In this document: piece after piece, positions 1-9,817 of the stretch
Layout: the number at the start of each line of letters is the position of its first letter
Position numbering within the stretch: the first letter of the stretch is position 1
NCBI GenBank assembly: GCA_045533505.1
Contig: JAZSHY010000002.1
Coordinates: forward strand, 11,740-75,739
Length of the DNA: 64,000 nucleotides
Source: Eubacteriales bacterium
GTDB lineage: Bacteria > Bacillota > Clostridia > Oscillospirales > CAG-272
Direction of reading: 5' to 3'
Made by a program: the position numbers and the translations under genes
The notes under the pieces: generated by a model
The model's database searches: none
The model's input: only the letters and a program-made list of their open reading frames with translations
What the model was told of the DNA's origin: nothing

Positions 1-2
1 CT

Positions 3-524
3 TTTTCGAAAGTTAAGGCAGTTATTTTAGGGCAGGATCCTTATCACGGCGAAGGACAGGCTCATGGCTTTTGCTTCTCCGTGCAAGCGGGCATTACCCC
101 TCCGCCATCGCTTGAAAACATCTTCAAGGAGCTCGAAACCGATATTGGAATCCCCCATCCGCAATCCGGCTCGCTCCTTTCATGGGCGAAGGAGGGCGTG
201 CTTTTGCTTAACACCACACTTACGGTTCGGCTTCATACACCCATGAGCCACAAAGGAAAGGGCTGGGAGACCTTCACCGACGCGGTTATTTCCTCGTTGA
301 ATCAAAAGGAGACTCCGGTGGTTTTTCTCTTATGGGGCTCGCATGCAGGCTCTAAGGCTTCCTTAATCCAAAATCCGCTTCACACGGTATTGACCGCGCC
401 TCATCCAAGTCCTCTTTCCGCCTATCGGGGCTTCTTTGGTTGCCGCCACTTTTCAAAAACCAACGAAATTTTGAAAGCTCACGGACTTTCTCCCATACGG
501 TGGGAGTCCATTGGGAAAGTATAG
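3..524 (+). CDS. ung: uracil-DNA glycosylase (5' end outside window)
   Basis: Open frame enters from the window edge (..[24 protein letters not shown]..). Family-1 UDG motifs GQDPYH and HPSPLSA are present. Listed ORF 81..524 is its 3' part. Confidence 0.9.
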   Translation, partial: FSKVKAVILGQDPYHGEGQAHGFCFSVQAGITPPPSLENIFKELETDIGIPHPQSGSLLSWAKEGVLLLNTTLTVRLHTPMSHKGKGWETFTDAVISSLNQKETPVVFLLWGSHAGSKASLIQNPLHTVLTAPHPSPLSAYRGFFGCRHFSKTNEILKAHGLSPIRWESIGKV

Positions 525-553
525 AAAAAGCAGGGAAATTTCCCTGTTTTTTC
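525..553. terminator. bidirectional rho-independent terminator between convergent genes
   Basis: Palindrome CAGGGAAATTTCCCTG (531..546) with an A-run before it and a T-run after it. Confidence 0.6.
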
Positions 554-588
554 GATTTTAGGCTCGTTGTGGGTGCCGACAGCACCTG

Positions 589-1014
589 TCACGAAAAACG
601 GCTAGTGTATTCTGTTTTCTGAGAAGTGCTACCGTCGGGAGACCTTCTCAGACGACGGATGAGGAGAGAAATGCCTGTGATAGCCGCATACAAAAGGCTA
701 TAAAGCAAAAGGCCGATAAGATAGGCCCTTGTCGTTGAGAGCATCAGAAAGAAGCAACCAACGGCGAGGGTGAGAAAGTGCACAAGGTGCCGCAAGACCA
801 TCGACCAACAAGGAACCGAAAGAATTTCATGCGCGTAAGAAATGAAGAGGGAAAAGAGCACAAGAATCATAAAGGAACGGAGTGTCATTCCCGGCAGAAA
901 GTCTTCAATAAACTGGCCGAAGAGGAAGAAGCCAAGTTGTAGTAAAACGGAAATGGCACACCCCCGAACCGTGGTCTTATAAAGGCGCAAAAAGAAGCGA
1001 AGTGTAGTGGACAT
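589..1014 (-). CDS. small integral membrane protein, function unknown
   Basis: 141 aa with about four hydrophobic segments. AAGGAG lies 8 nt upstream of the ATG at 1014. Confidence 0.5.
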   Translation of the reverse strand: MSTTLRFFLRLYKTTVRGCAISVLLQLGFFLFGQFIEDFLPGMTLRSFMILVLFSLFISYAHEILSVPCWSMVLRHLVHFLTLAVGCFFLMLSTTRAYLIGLLLYSLLYAAITGISLLIRRLRRSPDGSTSQKTEYTSRFS

Positions 1015-1172
1015 ATGACAGTCTCCTTATCAAATTCCTCTTAAGTATACCAAAAAAGCAAAAGCTTTGCAAGTGATTTCGCAAAAAGCATAGCCCGATG
1101 TGCTCGGAAATGCGTGTTTTCATGAAACTTGCGAAATTTTATGCAAAAAAGGGAGGAAATATGCATTTTCAA

Positions 1173-1201
1173 TTGACAAGGCGAAAGCAATGGTATATAA
1201 T
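1173..1201 (+). promoter_or_regulatory. sigma-70-type promoter for the nusB operon
   Basis: TTGACA (1173..1178), 17-nt spacer, TATAAT (1196..1201). It lies inside the spurious N-terminal extension of ORF 1100..1738. Confidence 0.5.
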
Positions 1202-1318
1202 ATATTTACCTTAAAGCACTTAACGCGCTCGTGCGTTGCCGGCGCGCGAGGTTTTACGAAAAAACAAAAACCAACCAAATCAGTAAAGCGAGGTTTGCGG
1301 ATTTCCGCAGAAGAAGGT

Positions 1319-1738
1319 ATGAACAGACATCAAGCAAGAGAATTGGCCGTTGCACTTTTATTTGAACACGAATTTGATAAAGACAAGGCGATGGAAGAGC
1401 TGTATGATACGGCAAAGGCAACCAGGGGCGTTGAAGAGAGCAAGTATGTCCGCTCGGTAATCACGGGGGTGGTTGCTCATGAAGAAGAGCTTGAGGCTTC
1501 CATTGGGGAAGCGGCCAAAGGCTGGAATCTTTCGCGAATAAGCAAGATTTCGCGCTCTATTTTAAAGCTTTCGGCGTATGAAATGTTCTTTTGCCCCGAA
1601 ATTCCGATACGCGTTTCGATAAATGAGGCGATAGAGCTTGTTAAGGCGTATGACGACGAGAGTGCCCGTGCCTTTGTAAACGGGATTCTCAACACACTGT
1701 CTCACAAGGCAAAGGAGACAAGACCCGATGAAGCCTAA
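1319..1738 (+). CDS. nusB: transcription antitermination factor NusB
   Basis: MNRHQARELAVALLFEHEF.. is a typical NusB N-terminus. Internal ATG at 1319 was chosen because the upstream part of the ORF contains the promoter. Confidence 0.85.
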   Translation: MNRHQARELAVALLFEHEFDKDKAMEELYDTAKATRGVEESKYVRSVITGVVAHEEELEASIGEAAKGWNLSRISKISRSILKLSAYEMFFCPEIPIRVSINEAIELVKAYDDESARAFVNGILNTLSHKAKETRPDEA

Positions 1739-2681
1739 CTGCTTTCTTGGGATTGATACCAGCAATTATACCACCTCGGCTGCGCTTCTTTGCGAAGACG
1801 GCACCGTAATTGCCAACTGCAAAAGACCGCTTCCCGTTGCGGAAGGGAAATGTGGGCTCCGTCAGTCGGATGCCGTGTTTGCTCATGTAAAAAACATGCC
1901 GTCACTTATGGCAGAAATCCGTGAGTATATAGGGAATTACAACCTTTGTGCCGTCGGCGTTTCGGAGACACCGCGCAGGGCTCCCGGCTCATATATGCCG
2001 TGTTTCCTCTCCGGTGTTGCCGCTGCTGAGGCCGCTGCATCGGCGGCTAAGGTTCCTCTTTATCGCTTTTCCCATCAATGCGGACATCTGGCGGCGGCTA
2101 TCCTTTCGGCACGACGGCTTGAGCTGCTTTCTTCCCCCTTCGGGGCATTCCATGTATCGGGCGGTACTACCGAGATGCTGTATGTTCCCGCTTTACTTGA
2201 AAACGGATTTTCTGTGCAGCTTATGGGCGGGACTGCCGATTTGAATGCAGGTCAGCTCATTGACCGCATCGGGGTTATGCTGGGGCTCTCCTTTCCTGCC
2301 GGTCCGGCGCTTGAGGCTTTGGCCGCCGAATGCACCGAACGAGTTCCGAGACCGCATGTATCGGTGCGGGGAACCACGGCTCATTTTTCAGGATTTCAAA
2401 ATAAAGCCGAGGCTCTTTTTCACGAAACGGGCAATGCCCCCCTGGTGGCGGCATTTGTCCTTGACTGTGTGGCGGAAACACTTGCTCAGCTTGCAAGCTC
2501 GCTTTTGCGGGAATGCGGGAATGTCCCGATTTTATACGCAGGCGGCGTGATGTGCAACAAGCGCATACGCGCGCACCTTTCGTCTATTGGTACCCCCTCG
2601 TTTGCGGAGCCGCGTTTTAGCGCGGATAACGCCGCGGGGATTGCCTTGCTTTGCCAACGTAGGCACGGAGGATATCTGTGA
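1728..2681 (+). CDS. TsaD/Kae1 (peptidase M22, ASKHA-fold) family protein, paralogue-like
   Basis: N-terminal LGIDTSNYTTS motif, SHQCGH (H-x3-H) pair and C-terminal GGV..N motif resemble the t6A synthase TsaD family. The start overlaps the nusB stop. Confidence 0.6.
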   Translation: MKPNCFLGIDTSNYTTSAALLCEDGTVIANCKRPLPVAEGKCGLRQSDAVFAHVKNMPSLMAEIREYIGNYNLCAVGVSETPRRAPGSYMPCFLSGVAAAEAAASAAKVPLYRFSHQCGHLAAAILSARRLELLSSPFGAFHVSGGTTEMLYVPALLENGFSVQLMGGTADLNAGQLIDRIGVMLGLSFPAGPALEALAAECTERVPRPHVSVRGTTAHFSGFQNKAEALFHETGNAPLVAAFVLDCVAETLAQLASSLLRECGNVPILYAGGVMCNKRIRAHLSSIGTPSFAEPRFSADNAAGIALLCQRRHGGYL

Positions 2682-3937
2682 GTCAAGAATTGGATGTAGC
2701 GAGGGAGGTGGGGAAAGCCCCCGCAACCGGAGAGGCTCCCATAACCGTAACGGCGCTCAATGAGTATATCAAGGCTCTGCTTGAGGGAACGCCGTTTCTT
2801 CGCAACGTGTACCTTCGAGGAGAAATTTCCAATTTCACCAATCATCGTACGGGGCACTTTTATTTTTCGTTGAAGGACGAGGGCGGCCTTTTGCGTGCCG
2901 TTATGTTCCGAGGAAATGCTTCTCGTCTTTCCTTTCTTCCCGAAAACGGAATGAAGGTTTTGGTGCGGGGAAGCGTATCTCTTTTTGTCCGCGACGGTTC
3001 TTATCAAATCTACGTCAGAGAAATGGAAAGAGATGGCGTCGGTGCGCTGTATCTTGCCTTTGAAAAGCTTAAGAAAAAGCTTGCCGCAGAAGGGTTGTTT
3101 GACGAAGCACGCAAACGCCCTTTGCCCAAAATACCGTCACGTATTGGGGTAATCACCTCACCGACGGGGGCCGCCATAAGGGATATTTTGAACATTCTTG
3201 GGAGGCGTTTCCCTTATGCAGAGGTGTTTATCTACCCCGCACTGGTGCAGGGCGGCGATGCTCCTCCTCAGTTGATTGCGGGGCTTGACTATTTTAATCG
3301 TGAAAGGAATGTTGACCTTATTATCATTGGCCGCGGCGGCGGCTCCTTAGAGGACCTTTGGGCCTTTAACGACGAAGCCTTGGCACGCCGTGTGGCGTCA
3401 TCGGAGCTTCCGGTAATTTCCGCCGTAGGGCATGAGACCGATTTTACCTTGATAGACTTCGTGGCAGACCGTCGTGCGCCGACACCCTCTGCCGCCGCCG
3501 AGCTTGCCGTGCCCGATACGGCAGAGCTTATCCGAAAATTTCTCAATATCGTCACTCACACCGAGCTCCTTTTGGGGCGAAAGATAGAAAAGGCGCGAGC
3601 CCGAGTTTCGGATTTGGCAGGCACGCGACCTCTTCGGGACCCCGAGGCACTTCTCGCTGAGCGACGGATGCTGCTGACCTATCTTTCGGACCGAATGACA
3701 TCGGGCACCGATGCCGCGCTTCTTATGTGTCGGGCGCGGTTTACAGAGCTTTCGGGCAAGCTGGAGGCAATGAGCCCTCTGGCTATCTTGAACCGTGGGT
3801 ACACGGTCACGCTTGATGACCGGGGGAGTATCGTCCGCAGTGCTGATGACTTGAACCCGGGAGACACCCTGAACATCCGTTTTTCAGACGGTATGGTGGA
3901 AGCGGGTGTCACTAACAAAAGAGTTCTACCACAATAA
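2678..3937 (+). CDS. xseA: exodeoxyribonuclease VII large subunit
   Basis: 419 aa, followed by xseB. Has an OB-fold N-terminus (ISNFTNHRTGHFYFSLKD) and a conserved GRGGGS motif. The GTG start overlaps the upstream stop. Confidence 0.9.
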   Translation: MSQELDVAREVGKAPATGEAPITVTALNEYIKALLEGTPFLRNVYLRGEISNFTNHRTGHFYFSLKDEGGLLRAVMFRGNASRLSFLPENGMKVLVRGSVSLFVRDGSYQIYVREMERDGVGALYLAFEKLKKKLAAEGLFDEARKRPLPKIPSRIGVITSPTGAAIRDILNILGRRFPYAEVFIYPALVQGGDAPPQLIAGLDYFNRERNVDLIIIGRGGGSLEDLWAFNDEALARRVASSELPVISAVGHETDFTLIDFVADRRAPTPSAAAELAVPDTAELIRKFLNIVTHTELLLGRKIEKARARVSDLAGTRPLRDPEALLAERRMLLTYLSDRMTSGTDAALLMCRARFTELSGKLEAMSPLAILNRGYTVTLDDRGSIVRSADDLNPGDTLNIRFSDGMVEAGVTNKRVLPQ

Positions 3938-3949
3938 GGAGTGTATGCA

Positions 3950-4189
3950 ATGGATATAAAAGAACCCATTAGCTTCGAAGAGGCTGTGACACGTCTTGAG
4001 CAGATTGTCCGTGCGATGGAAGAAGGGAAGCTTTCGCTTGATGATTCTCTTGCGATGTTTGAGGAGGGAGTTTCTCTCGTACGCTTCTGCAACGGGAGGC
4101 TGGACACCGCAGAGCAACGCGTCCGCATTTTGCTTGCGGGCGAAAACGGAGAGATGCTTTCACGTCCCTTTACTGCGAACGAGGCATAA
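3950..4189 (+). CDS. xseB: exodeoxyribonuclease VII small subunit
   Basis: ISFEEAVTRLEQIVRAMEEGKLSLDDSLAMFEEG is typical XseB. AAGGAG lies 8 nt before the ATG at 3950. Confidence 0.85.
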   Translation: MDIKEPISFEEAVTRLEQIVRAMEEGKLSLDDSLAMFEEGVSLVRFCNGRLDTAEQRVRILLAGENGEMLSRPFTANEA

Positions 4190-4194
4190 CCCCT

Positions 4195-4929
4195 GTGCGC
4201 TTAGACGTTTTTTTGGTTGGCGCGGGGCTTGTTAAGAGCAGAACCGAGGCCTCTCGTCTTATTGAGGAGGGGGCAGTTACGGTCTGTGGTACGGTGAGAA
4301 GCAAGCCTTCCTTTTCTATTGACGAGAATACGCCTGCCGATTTTTTGGAGATTCGTCGCGACGCTCACCCATATGTGAGCCGAGGGGGAGAAAAATTGAA
4401 GGCGGCACTTGACTCCTTTTCTCTTTCTCCCGCTGGTTGTGTCGCCTTAGATATCGGCGCATCCAGTGGCGGCTTCACCGATTGCCTTTTGCGCTATGGT
4501 GCGTCTCTTGTTTATGCCGTAGACGTAGGCCACGGACAGCTTGCCCCTTCCTTGCTTGAGGATTCTCGTGTCATTTCCATGGAGCATTGTAACGCAAGAT
4601 ACCTTAAGCATGAGGATTTTCCCACTCCGCCTAATTTTGCGGTGATGGACGTTTCTTTCATTTCTGCCACCTTGCTTTTTCCGAAAATTGCCGAGCTTTT
4701 GCCTAAGGGGGGAGCCTTTATTTCTCTTGTGAAGCCACAGTTTGAGGTGGGGCGCTCAGGACTTGGAAAGGGCGGAATCGTACGCGATGAGCACCTGCGC
4801 CGTGAAGCTCTCTGCCGCGTTCTGGCTTCGGCTGAGGCGGTAGGCCTTTCTCATCTTGGCACAATGGATTCGCCGATACTCGGTGGCGATGGAAATCACG
4901 AATTTCTTGCAGCCTTTATCAAGGAGTGA
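4195..4929 (+). CDS. tlyA: TlyA-family rRNA 2'-O-methyltransferase (S4 + FtsJ domains)
   Basis: S4-like N-terminus (RLDVFLV..SRTEASRLIEEG), SAM motif LDIGASSGGFTD, GTG start. Confidence 0.8.
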   Translation: MRLDVFLVGAGLVKSRTEASRLIEEGAVTVCGTVRSKPSFSIDENTPADFLEIRRDAHPYVSRGGEKLKAALDSFSLSPAGCVALDIGASSGGFTDCLLRYGASLVYAVDVGHGQLAPSLLEDSRVISMEHCNARYLKHEDFPTPPNFAVMDVSFISATLLFPKIAELLPKGGAFISLVKPQFEVGRSGLGKGGIVRDEHLRREALCRVLASAEAVGLSHLGTMDSPILGGDGNHEFLAAFIKE

Positions 4930-4931
4930 TT

Positions 4932-5819
4932 ATGAAAAATATAGCCGTAATGCTGAATTCCTACAAGGACCCAAAGTATGTTCGCAGCCACCGTATTTTG
5001 GCGCAGCTGCAATCCCTTGGGGCACAAATCTTTTTGGATATATCCCACAAGGACAAATGCTCACTTCAAGGCATACACTATTATGAGGGCAATCTTCCCT
5101 CCGAGGCCGAGATGATTCTCGTTCTTGGCGGAGATGGCTCTGTTTTGGATGCCGCCGTTCTCGCGCTCGCCTCAGACATTCCTCTTTTGGGAATCAATCT
5201 GGGACGACTGGGGTATCTTGCGGAGCTTGAGCCCAATGAGCCCGAGCCGTTTAAACGCCTAATCCGTGGGGACTATTCGCTTCGTGAGCACATGACCTTT
5301 GAGGTTTCTCTTGTGCGAGGCGGGGAAGAGACAAAGCTTGTAAGACCTGCTGTCAACGATGTGGTGCTGAGCCAGATACAGGGCGGAGGCATGTCTGAAA
5401 TTCAGATGGAGGATGGCGTAGGCAATCAAATCGGGTATCTTGCCGACGGTGTGATTGTGGCAACCCCTCTCGGTTCTACTGCCTATTCGCTCTCCGCGGG
5501 CGGCCCCGTTATAGATGCCTCTCTTTCTGCCTTCTGCGTCACGCCCATTTGTGCCCATTCGCTCTTTTCCCGTTCTGTTATTTTTCCTCCCGACTACACC
5601 ATCACCTTGCGTAATAACTCCTCCCGTGAGGCAGATATGCAGGTGAGGCTGGACGGGGGCGCCCCCTATCTGCTATCACCGGGAGACTGTGTGAAAATAA
5701 AGCGTTCTAATAGGATTTTACGTATGATAAGCCTTGAGAACCATGCAGTTCTCGGCGTTCTTTCGCGCAAAATGCAGCTTTTAAACCCCGTTGTTGAAAG
5801 GAGAAGCCATGAAGAATAA
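4932..5819 (+). CDS. nadK: NAD+ kinase
   Basis: GGDGSVL motif and ATPLGSTAYSLSAGGP motif. AAGGAG lies 5 nt before the ATG at 4932. Confidence 0.85.
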   Translation: MKNIAVMLNSYKDPKYVRSHRILAQLQSLGAQIFLDISHKDKCSLQGIHYYEGNLPSEAEMILVLGGDGSVLDAAVLALASDIPLLGINLGRLGYLAELEPNEPEPFKRLIRGDYSLREHMTFEVSLVRGGEETKLVRPAVNDVVLSQIQGGGMSEIQMEDGVGNQIGYLADGVIVATPLGSTAYSLSAGGPVIDASLSAFCVTPICAHSLFSRSVIFPPDYTITLRNNSSREADMQVRLDGGAPYLLSPGDCVKIKRSNRILRMISLENHAVLGVLSRKMQLLNPVVERRSHEE

Positions 5820-6261
5820 ACGGCAAGAGGCCATTCTTGATATCGTCGCCAATTATGAAATCCAAAAGCAGGAGGAGCTTCTGCGGCTCCTTCGTGAGCG
5901 AGGCTTTTCTGCCACTCAGGCTACCGTTTCGCGTGATATTCGTGAGCTGAAGCTGATGAAGGGAACAGGGGAGGGCGGAATTCATAAATATGTGCTGCCG
6001 TCCCGTAAGCATATGGCAACCCCTAAGTTCAACAGCTCGATAACAGAGTCTATTGTGAAGATGGATACGGCAGAGAACCTTCTGGTTGTCAAAACCTATC
6101 CCGGGATGGCATCGGCTGTTGCCTCCTGCATCGATTCCTTTGAAATTCCCGCAATTATAGGTTGCGTGGCAGGGGATGACGCCATTCTTGTTGTGGTTCG
6201 TTCACGTGATGAGGCGGCGGGGCTTTCGGAGAAGCTGCGCAAAATGATGGAGCAGGTCTGA
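5809..6261 (+). CDS. argR: arginine repressor
   Basis: MKNKRQEAILDIV..EELL..L..RGF.ATQATVSRDIRELKL winged-helix N-terminus, with a C-terminal GTIAGDD-like motif (GCVAGDDAILVV). Confidence 0.85.
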   Translation: MKNKRQEAILDIVANYEIQKQEELLRLLRERGFSATQATVSRDIRELKLMKGTGEGGIHKYVLPSRKHMATPKFNSSITESIVKMDTAENLLVVKTYPGMASAVASCIDSFEIPAIIGCVAGDDAILVVVRSRDEAAGLSEKLRKMMEQV

Positions 6262-6297
6262 CTCGGAGAGAAAGAAGTAAAAAGCGAGGTTACCTCT

Positions 6298-7998
6298 ATG
6301 CTGCAAACCCTCCATATTGAAAATGTTGCCGTGATTCGCAAGGCTACCATTGAGTTTTCACACGGACTTTCTGTGCTCAGTGGCGAAACGGGCGCGGGAA
6401 AGTCTATTCTCATCGATAGCATTGGCTTCTTGCTTGGACACCGCGCGGGGCGCGATCTCTTGCGCTCGGGCACCGAGCAGGCAACTGTAGGGGCTCTCTT
6501 TTCGCATATTTCTCCTTCGGTTTTGCGGCGTCTTGCGGAAGTGGGGATAGAACCCGATGAAAACGGGGAGCTTTTTCTTGAGCGACGGCTTTCTGCCGAG
6601 GGACGCTCAAGCGCAAGAATCAACGGTGCTCCGATAACCTTGGCCATCCTTCGCACAGTCGGGGAGGCCCTTGTGAGCATTCATGGTCAAAATGAGACCA
6701 ATACCTTGAGGGAGCGGGATAAGCAGCTTTCGATTCTGGATAACTATGCTGAAAATGCCACCCTCCTCACCGCCTACAAGGAGGTATACGACGATCTGAC
6801 TCGGGTGCGCGGTGACATTGAGGAAATTACGCAAGAGGAGGCGGCGCGGCTCCGTGAGGTGGAGATGCTCCGCTATCAGATATCCGACATTGAGGCCCTT
6901 TCTCTCCGCGATGGGGAGGAGGAGAAGCTTGAGGAAAAGAAAAAACGCTTAAAAAGCATAGAAAGAATCGTCAAGCAGACCTCCTTTGCCTATCGCGCGT
7001 TGCGCGCCGGAGAAAAGGCGAATGTCCTCTATATTCTTGACCGTGCTATTGCGGCAATCCGTTCGCTTTCCGACGTCATTGAGGAGGCCGATTCGGTTGC
7101 GGCAGAGCTTTCCGATTGCTATGTACGAATCGAGGATGCCGCCGAGCGTGTCTACGCCTTTGCCGATGAAGAAGTTGCCTCGCCCGAAAGGCTTCTCAAT
7201 CAGGTGGAGGGGCGTCTTGCGGCGATAGAAAAGATGAAACGTAAATATGGCGGTACGGTTGAGGAAATACTTGCGTTTTGTCAAAAAGCCAAGGAGCGCC
7301 TTTCGCTTTTACTGGATAGTGATATGCGTTTGGGCGAGCTTCGCGCACGAGAAGAAAAGCTTGCGAGGGAGGCGATGAAGTGCGCCGACGCTTTGACCGA
7401 AGCGCGTCGCCAAGCGGGAGTGCGCTTTGCCGATAAGGTTCTCCTTGGGCTTAGCTTTCTCGATATGCCCCGTGTGCAGTTTGAGGTGAGCATAACGCCG
7501 CGCCAAAGGAACGGCGTTCGTGAGCTTGCGCGAGACGGGGGTGATTTGGTAGAATTTTTGATTGTCACCAATCCCGGTGAGCCTCCTTCCTCGCTTTCAG
7601 CCATTGCTTCGGGCGGAGAACTCTCTCGTATCATGCTGGCTGTCAAATCGGTGATTTCTGACCGTGACGGAATTGACACGGTAATCTATGATGAAATTGA
7701 TACGGGAGTTTCAGGTAAAACTGCCCGTAAAATTGGGATTCAGCTTTTGCGCTCAGCCTGCGGCTCTCAGGTGCTTTGTGTTACTCATTCGGCTCAAATC
7801 GCCTCTTTGGCAGATGCGCATTATCTGATAAAAAAGTCCCTGAGGGACAATCGTGCCGAGACAGAGGTTCTGCCTCTTGATGAAGAAGGACGTATCACAG
7901 AGGTATCTCGTATCCTCGGCGGTATCGAAGTGACCGAAGCCCAACGCCGCGCGGCTTTTGAGCTTTATGCTGAGAGGAGCGTATACAAAGAGGGTTGA
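6298..7998 (+). CDS. recN: DNA repair protein RecN
   Basis: 566 aa SMC-like protein. Has Walker A GETGAGKS, a long coiled-coil centre and a C-terminal signature ASGGELSR plus Walker B VIYDEIDTG. Confidence 0.9.
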   Translation: MLQTLHIENVAVIRKATIEFSHGLSVLSGETGAGKSILIDSIGFLLGHRAGRDLLRSGTEQATVGALFSHISPSVLRRLAEVGIEPDENGELFLERRLSAEGRSSARINGAPITLAILRTVGEALVSIHGQNETNTLRERDKQLSILDNYAENATLLTAYKEVYDDLTRVRGDIEEITQEEAARLREVEMLRYQISDIEALSLRDGEEEKLEEKKKRLKSIERIVKQTSFAYRALRAGEKANVLYILDRAIAAIRSLSDVIEEADSVAAELSDCYVRIEDAAERVYAFADEEVASPERLLNQVEGRLAAIEKMKRKYGGTVEEILAFCQKAKERLSLLLDSDMRLGELRAREEKLAREAMKCADALTEARRQAGVRFADKVLLGLSFLDMPRVQFEVSITPRQRNGVRELARDGGDLVEFLIVTNPGEPPSSLSAIASGGELSRIMLAVKSVISDRDGIDTVIYDEIDTGVSGKTARKIGIQLLRSACGSQVLCVTHSAQIASLADAHYLIKKSLRDNRAETEVLPLDEEGRITEVSRILGGIEVTEAQRRAAFELYAERSVYKEG

Positions 7999-7999
7999 G

Positions 8000-8914
8000 A
8001 TGCTAAAAGCACTCTCGGGCATATTTTCTTCGTTTTCGATAGCAGAATGTGATTTTTTCCCTTCCTATCGGCTTGCTCAGGCGACCACGCTTCGGATAGG
8101 GGGCCCCGCAACTGTGTTGGCTTCCCCCAAAAGCGAAGAGGCGCTTCTTCGTCTTTTACGGCTTCTTTCGGATTACGGAATCCCGCGGTATCTGATAGGA
8201 AACGGGAGCAATTTGCTTGCGCCCGACGAGGGATATTGCGGTGTGGTAATCCGCACAGGGGCCCTTCGCACGGTGTTGGTTCGCGGAAATTCGATTTTCG
8301 CAGCCACAGGAGCAGGTCTTGCTTCGGTGGCTCGTATTGCGGCTACTCACGGTATAGGCGGCTTTTCTGCGCTTTCCGGCATACCTGCTACCATGGGTGG
8401 TGCTCTTTTTATGAATGCGGGTGCAGGGGATGCTGCGATTGGTGAGCGTGTGGTGTCGGTAAGGGTGGCGCCTCCGTGTGGCGGTGAGCCCTTTACGCTT
8501 TTACGTGACGAATGCCATTTTGCCTATCGAAAAAGCGTATTTCAGAGACGGGGGATGGTGATTCTTTCCTGTGAGCTGACAGGCCCCCCCACCCCTCCTG
8601 CCGAGCTCTTTTCGGCGGCGGCGGAATTCGCCAAAAAGCGCCGCGAAACACAACCTCTTGATTTGCCGAGCGCAGGGAGTGTCTTCCTTCGTCCTAAGGG
8701 GGACGCGGCGGGTAGACTCATTGAGGCTGCGGGCTTGAAGGGAGCACGCATAGGCGGAGCCGCAGTATCCGAGCGGCACGCGGGCTTTATTGTCAATGTG
8801 GGGGGTGCTACAGCTTCTGATTTTAGAGCACTTGTGGAAAGGGTCCGTGCCGAAGTGCTTGCAAACTCAGGGGTAACTCTTACTCGGGAAATTGAATATA
8901 TGGGAGAAGGATAA
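8000..8914 (+). CDS. murB: UDP-N-acetylenolpyruvoylglucosamine reductase
   Basis: FAD-binding PCMH-type N-terminus (TLRIGGPA..; IGNGSNLL) and GSVF.. C-terminal motif. ATG at 8000 sits directly after the recN stop. Confidence 0.85.
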   Translation: MLKALSGIFSSFSIAECDFFPSYRLAQATTLRIGGPATVLASPKSEEALLRLLRLLSDYGIPRYLIGNGSNLLAPDEGYCGVVIRTGALRTVLVRGNSIFAATGAGLASVARIAATHGIGGFSALSGIPATMGGALFMNAGAGDAAIGERVVSVRVAPPCGGEPFTLLRDECHFAYRKSVFQRRGMVILSCELTGPPTPPAELFSAAAEFAKKRRETQPLDLPSAGSVFLRPKGDAAGRLIEAAGLKGARIGGAAVSERHAGFIVNVGGATASDFRALVERVRAEVLANSGVTLTREIEYMGEG

Positions 8915-8917
8915 AGG

Positions 8918-9817
8918 ATGTCGTATTCGTCTGATTTGAAGCGTCAGCTGGCAGAAAAAGAAATCAAACGGAATTGCTGTCGCAAGGCCGTTCTTTTGGG
9001 TATGCTTGCCATGCGCGGTCAAACGAAAAACGGCATGCTGACTATTTCTCTGGAGCCCTCTGGCGTCGCGCCGCTTTTTGTCGATTTGCTGAAAAGCGCT
9101 TTTGGCGTTGCCGCTAAAATGAGCCGCTTTGGAAAAGAAGGCTCGCGAGCCCACATTGATTTTGTTTCGTCAACGCTTGCCGAATATATAGACAAGGGGG
9201 AACTCACATATCCGCAAAAAAATCCCCCATGCCCCCATTGCCAAGCACACTTTATACGCGGAATTTTCTTGGCCTCAGGGCGCATGGCGGATTTTAAAAA
9301 GCTGTACCGTCTTGAATTTTCACCCAAAACGAGAGCTGAAGGACTTTTTTCTCTCCTTGCCGAGACGGTGGGGGAGCCCAAAGTAACCGTGCGTCGGGGA
9401 GACACTGTCTTTTACTATAAAACCAATGCGACCATTTGTGACATTCTTGCCTTGATAGGGGCAGAGGCGGATGCCTTTGCTCTTATCAACGATACCATTA
9501 TGGCGGGTTACAGGAACGCGGCTAACCGCCGTGCCAATTGCGAAGCGAGGAACATTGAGAAATCGGTGGAGGCCTCCATGCGATTTGTGGGAATCATTCG
9601 GCGTTTAATGGCGGTGGACAAGCTTTCCGCCCTGCCGCATGAGCTTCAGATGACTGCTAAGCTCCGCGCCGAGAATCCCACGGTTTCTCTGGCTGCTCTC
9701 GGCGCGCGTTGTACACCTCCCGTTTCCAAATCGGGCATGAACCACCGTCTTGAAAGAATAGAAGCGTTTGCCAAGGAAATTCTTGCAAGCTGCGAAGAGG
9801 AAGGGAAAGAGGAATGA
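8918..9817 (+). CDS. whiA: DNA-binding protein WhiA
   Basis: 299 aa. N-terminus DLKRQLAE..NCCRKAVLLGML and C-terminal HTH region (SKSGMNHRLERI) are typical of WhiA. Confidence 0.8.
   Translation: MSYSSDLKRQLAEKEIKRNCCRKAVLLGMLAMRGQTKNGMLTISLEPSGVAPLFVDLLKSAFGVAAKMSRFGKEGSRAHIDFVSSTLAEYIDKGELTYPQKNPPCPHCQAHFIRGIFLASGRMADFKKLYRLEFSPKTRAEGLFSLLAETVGEPKVTVRRGDTVFYYKTNATICDILALIGAEADAFALINDTIMAGYRNAANRRANCEARNIEKSVEASMRFVGIIRRLMAVDKLSALPHELQMTAKLRAENPTVSLAALGARCTPPVSKSGMNHRLERIEAFAKEILASCEEEGKEE

Noticed and set aside
1100-1318. N-terminal 73-codon extension of the nusB ORF
   Set aside because: The extension contains a TTGACA-17-TATAAT promoter and has no similarity to NusB. The conserved NusB N-terminus begins at the ATG at 1319.
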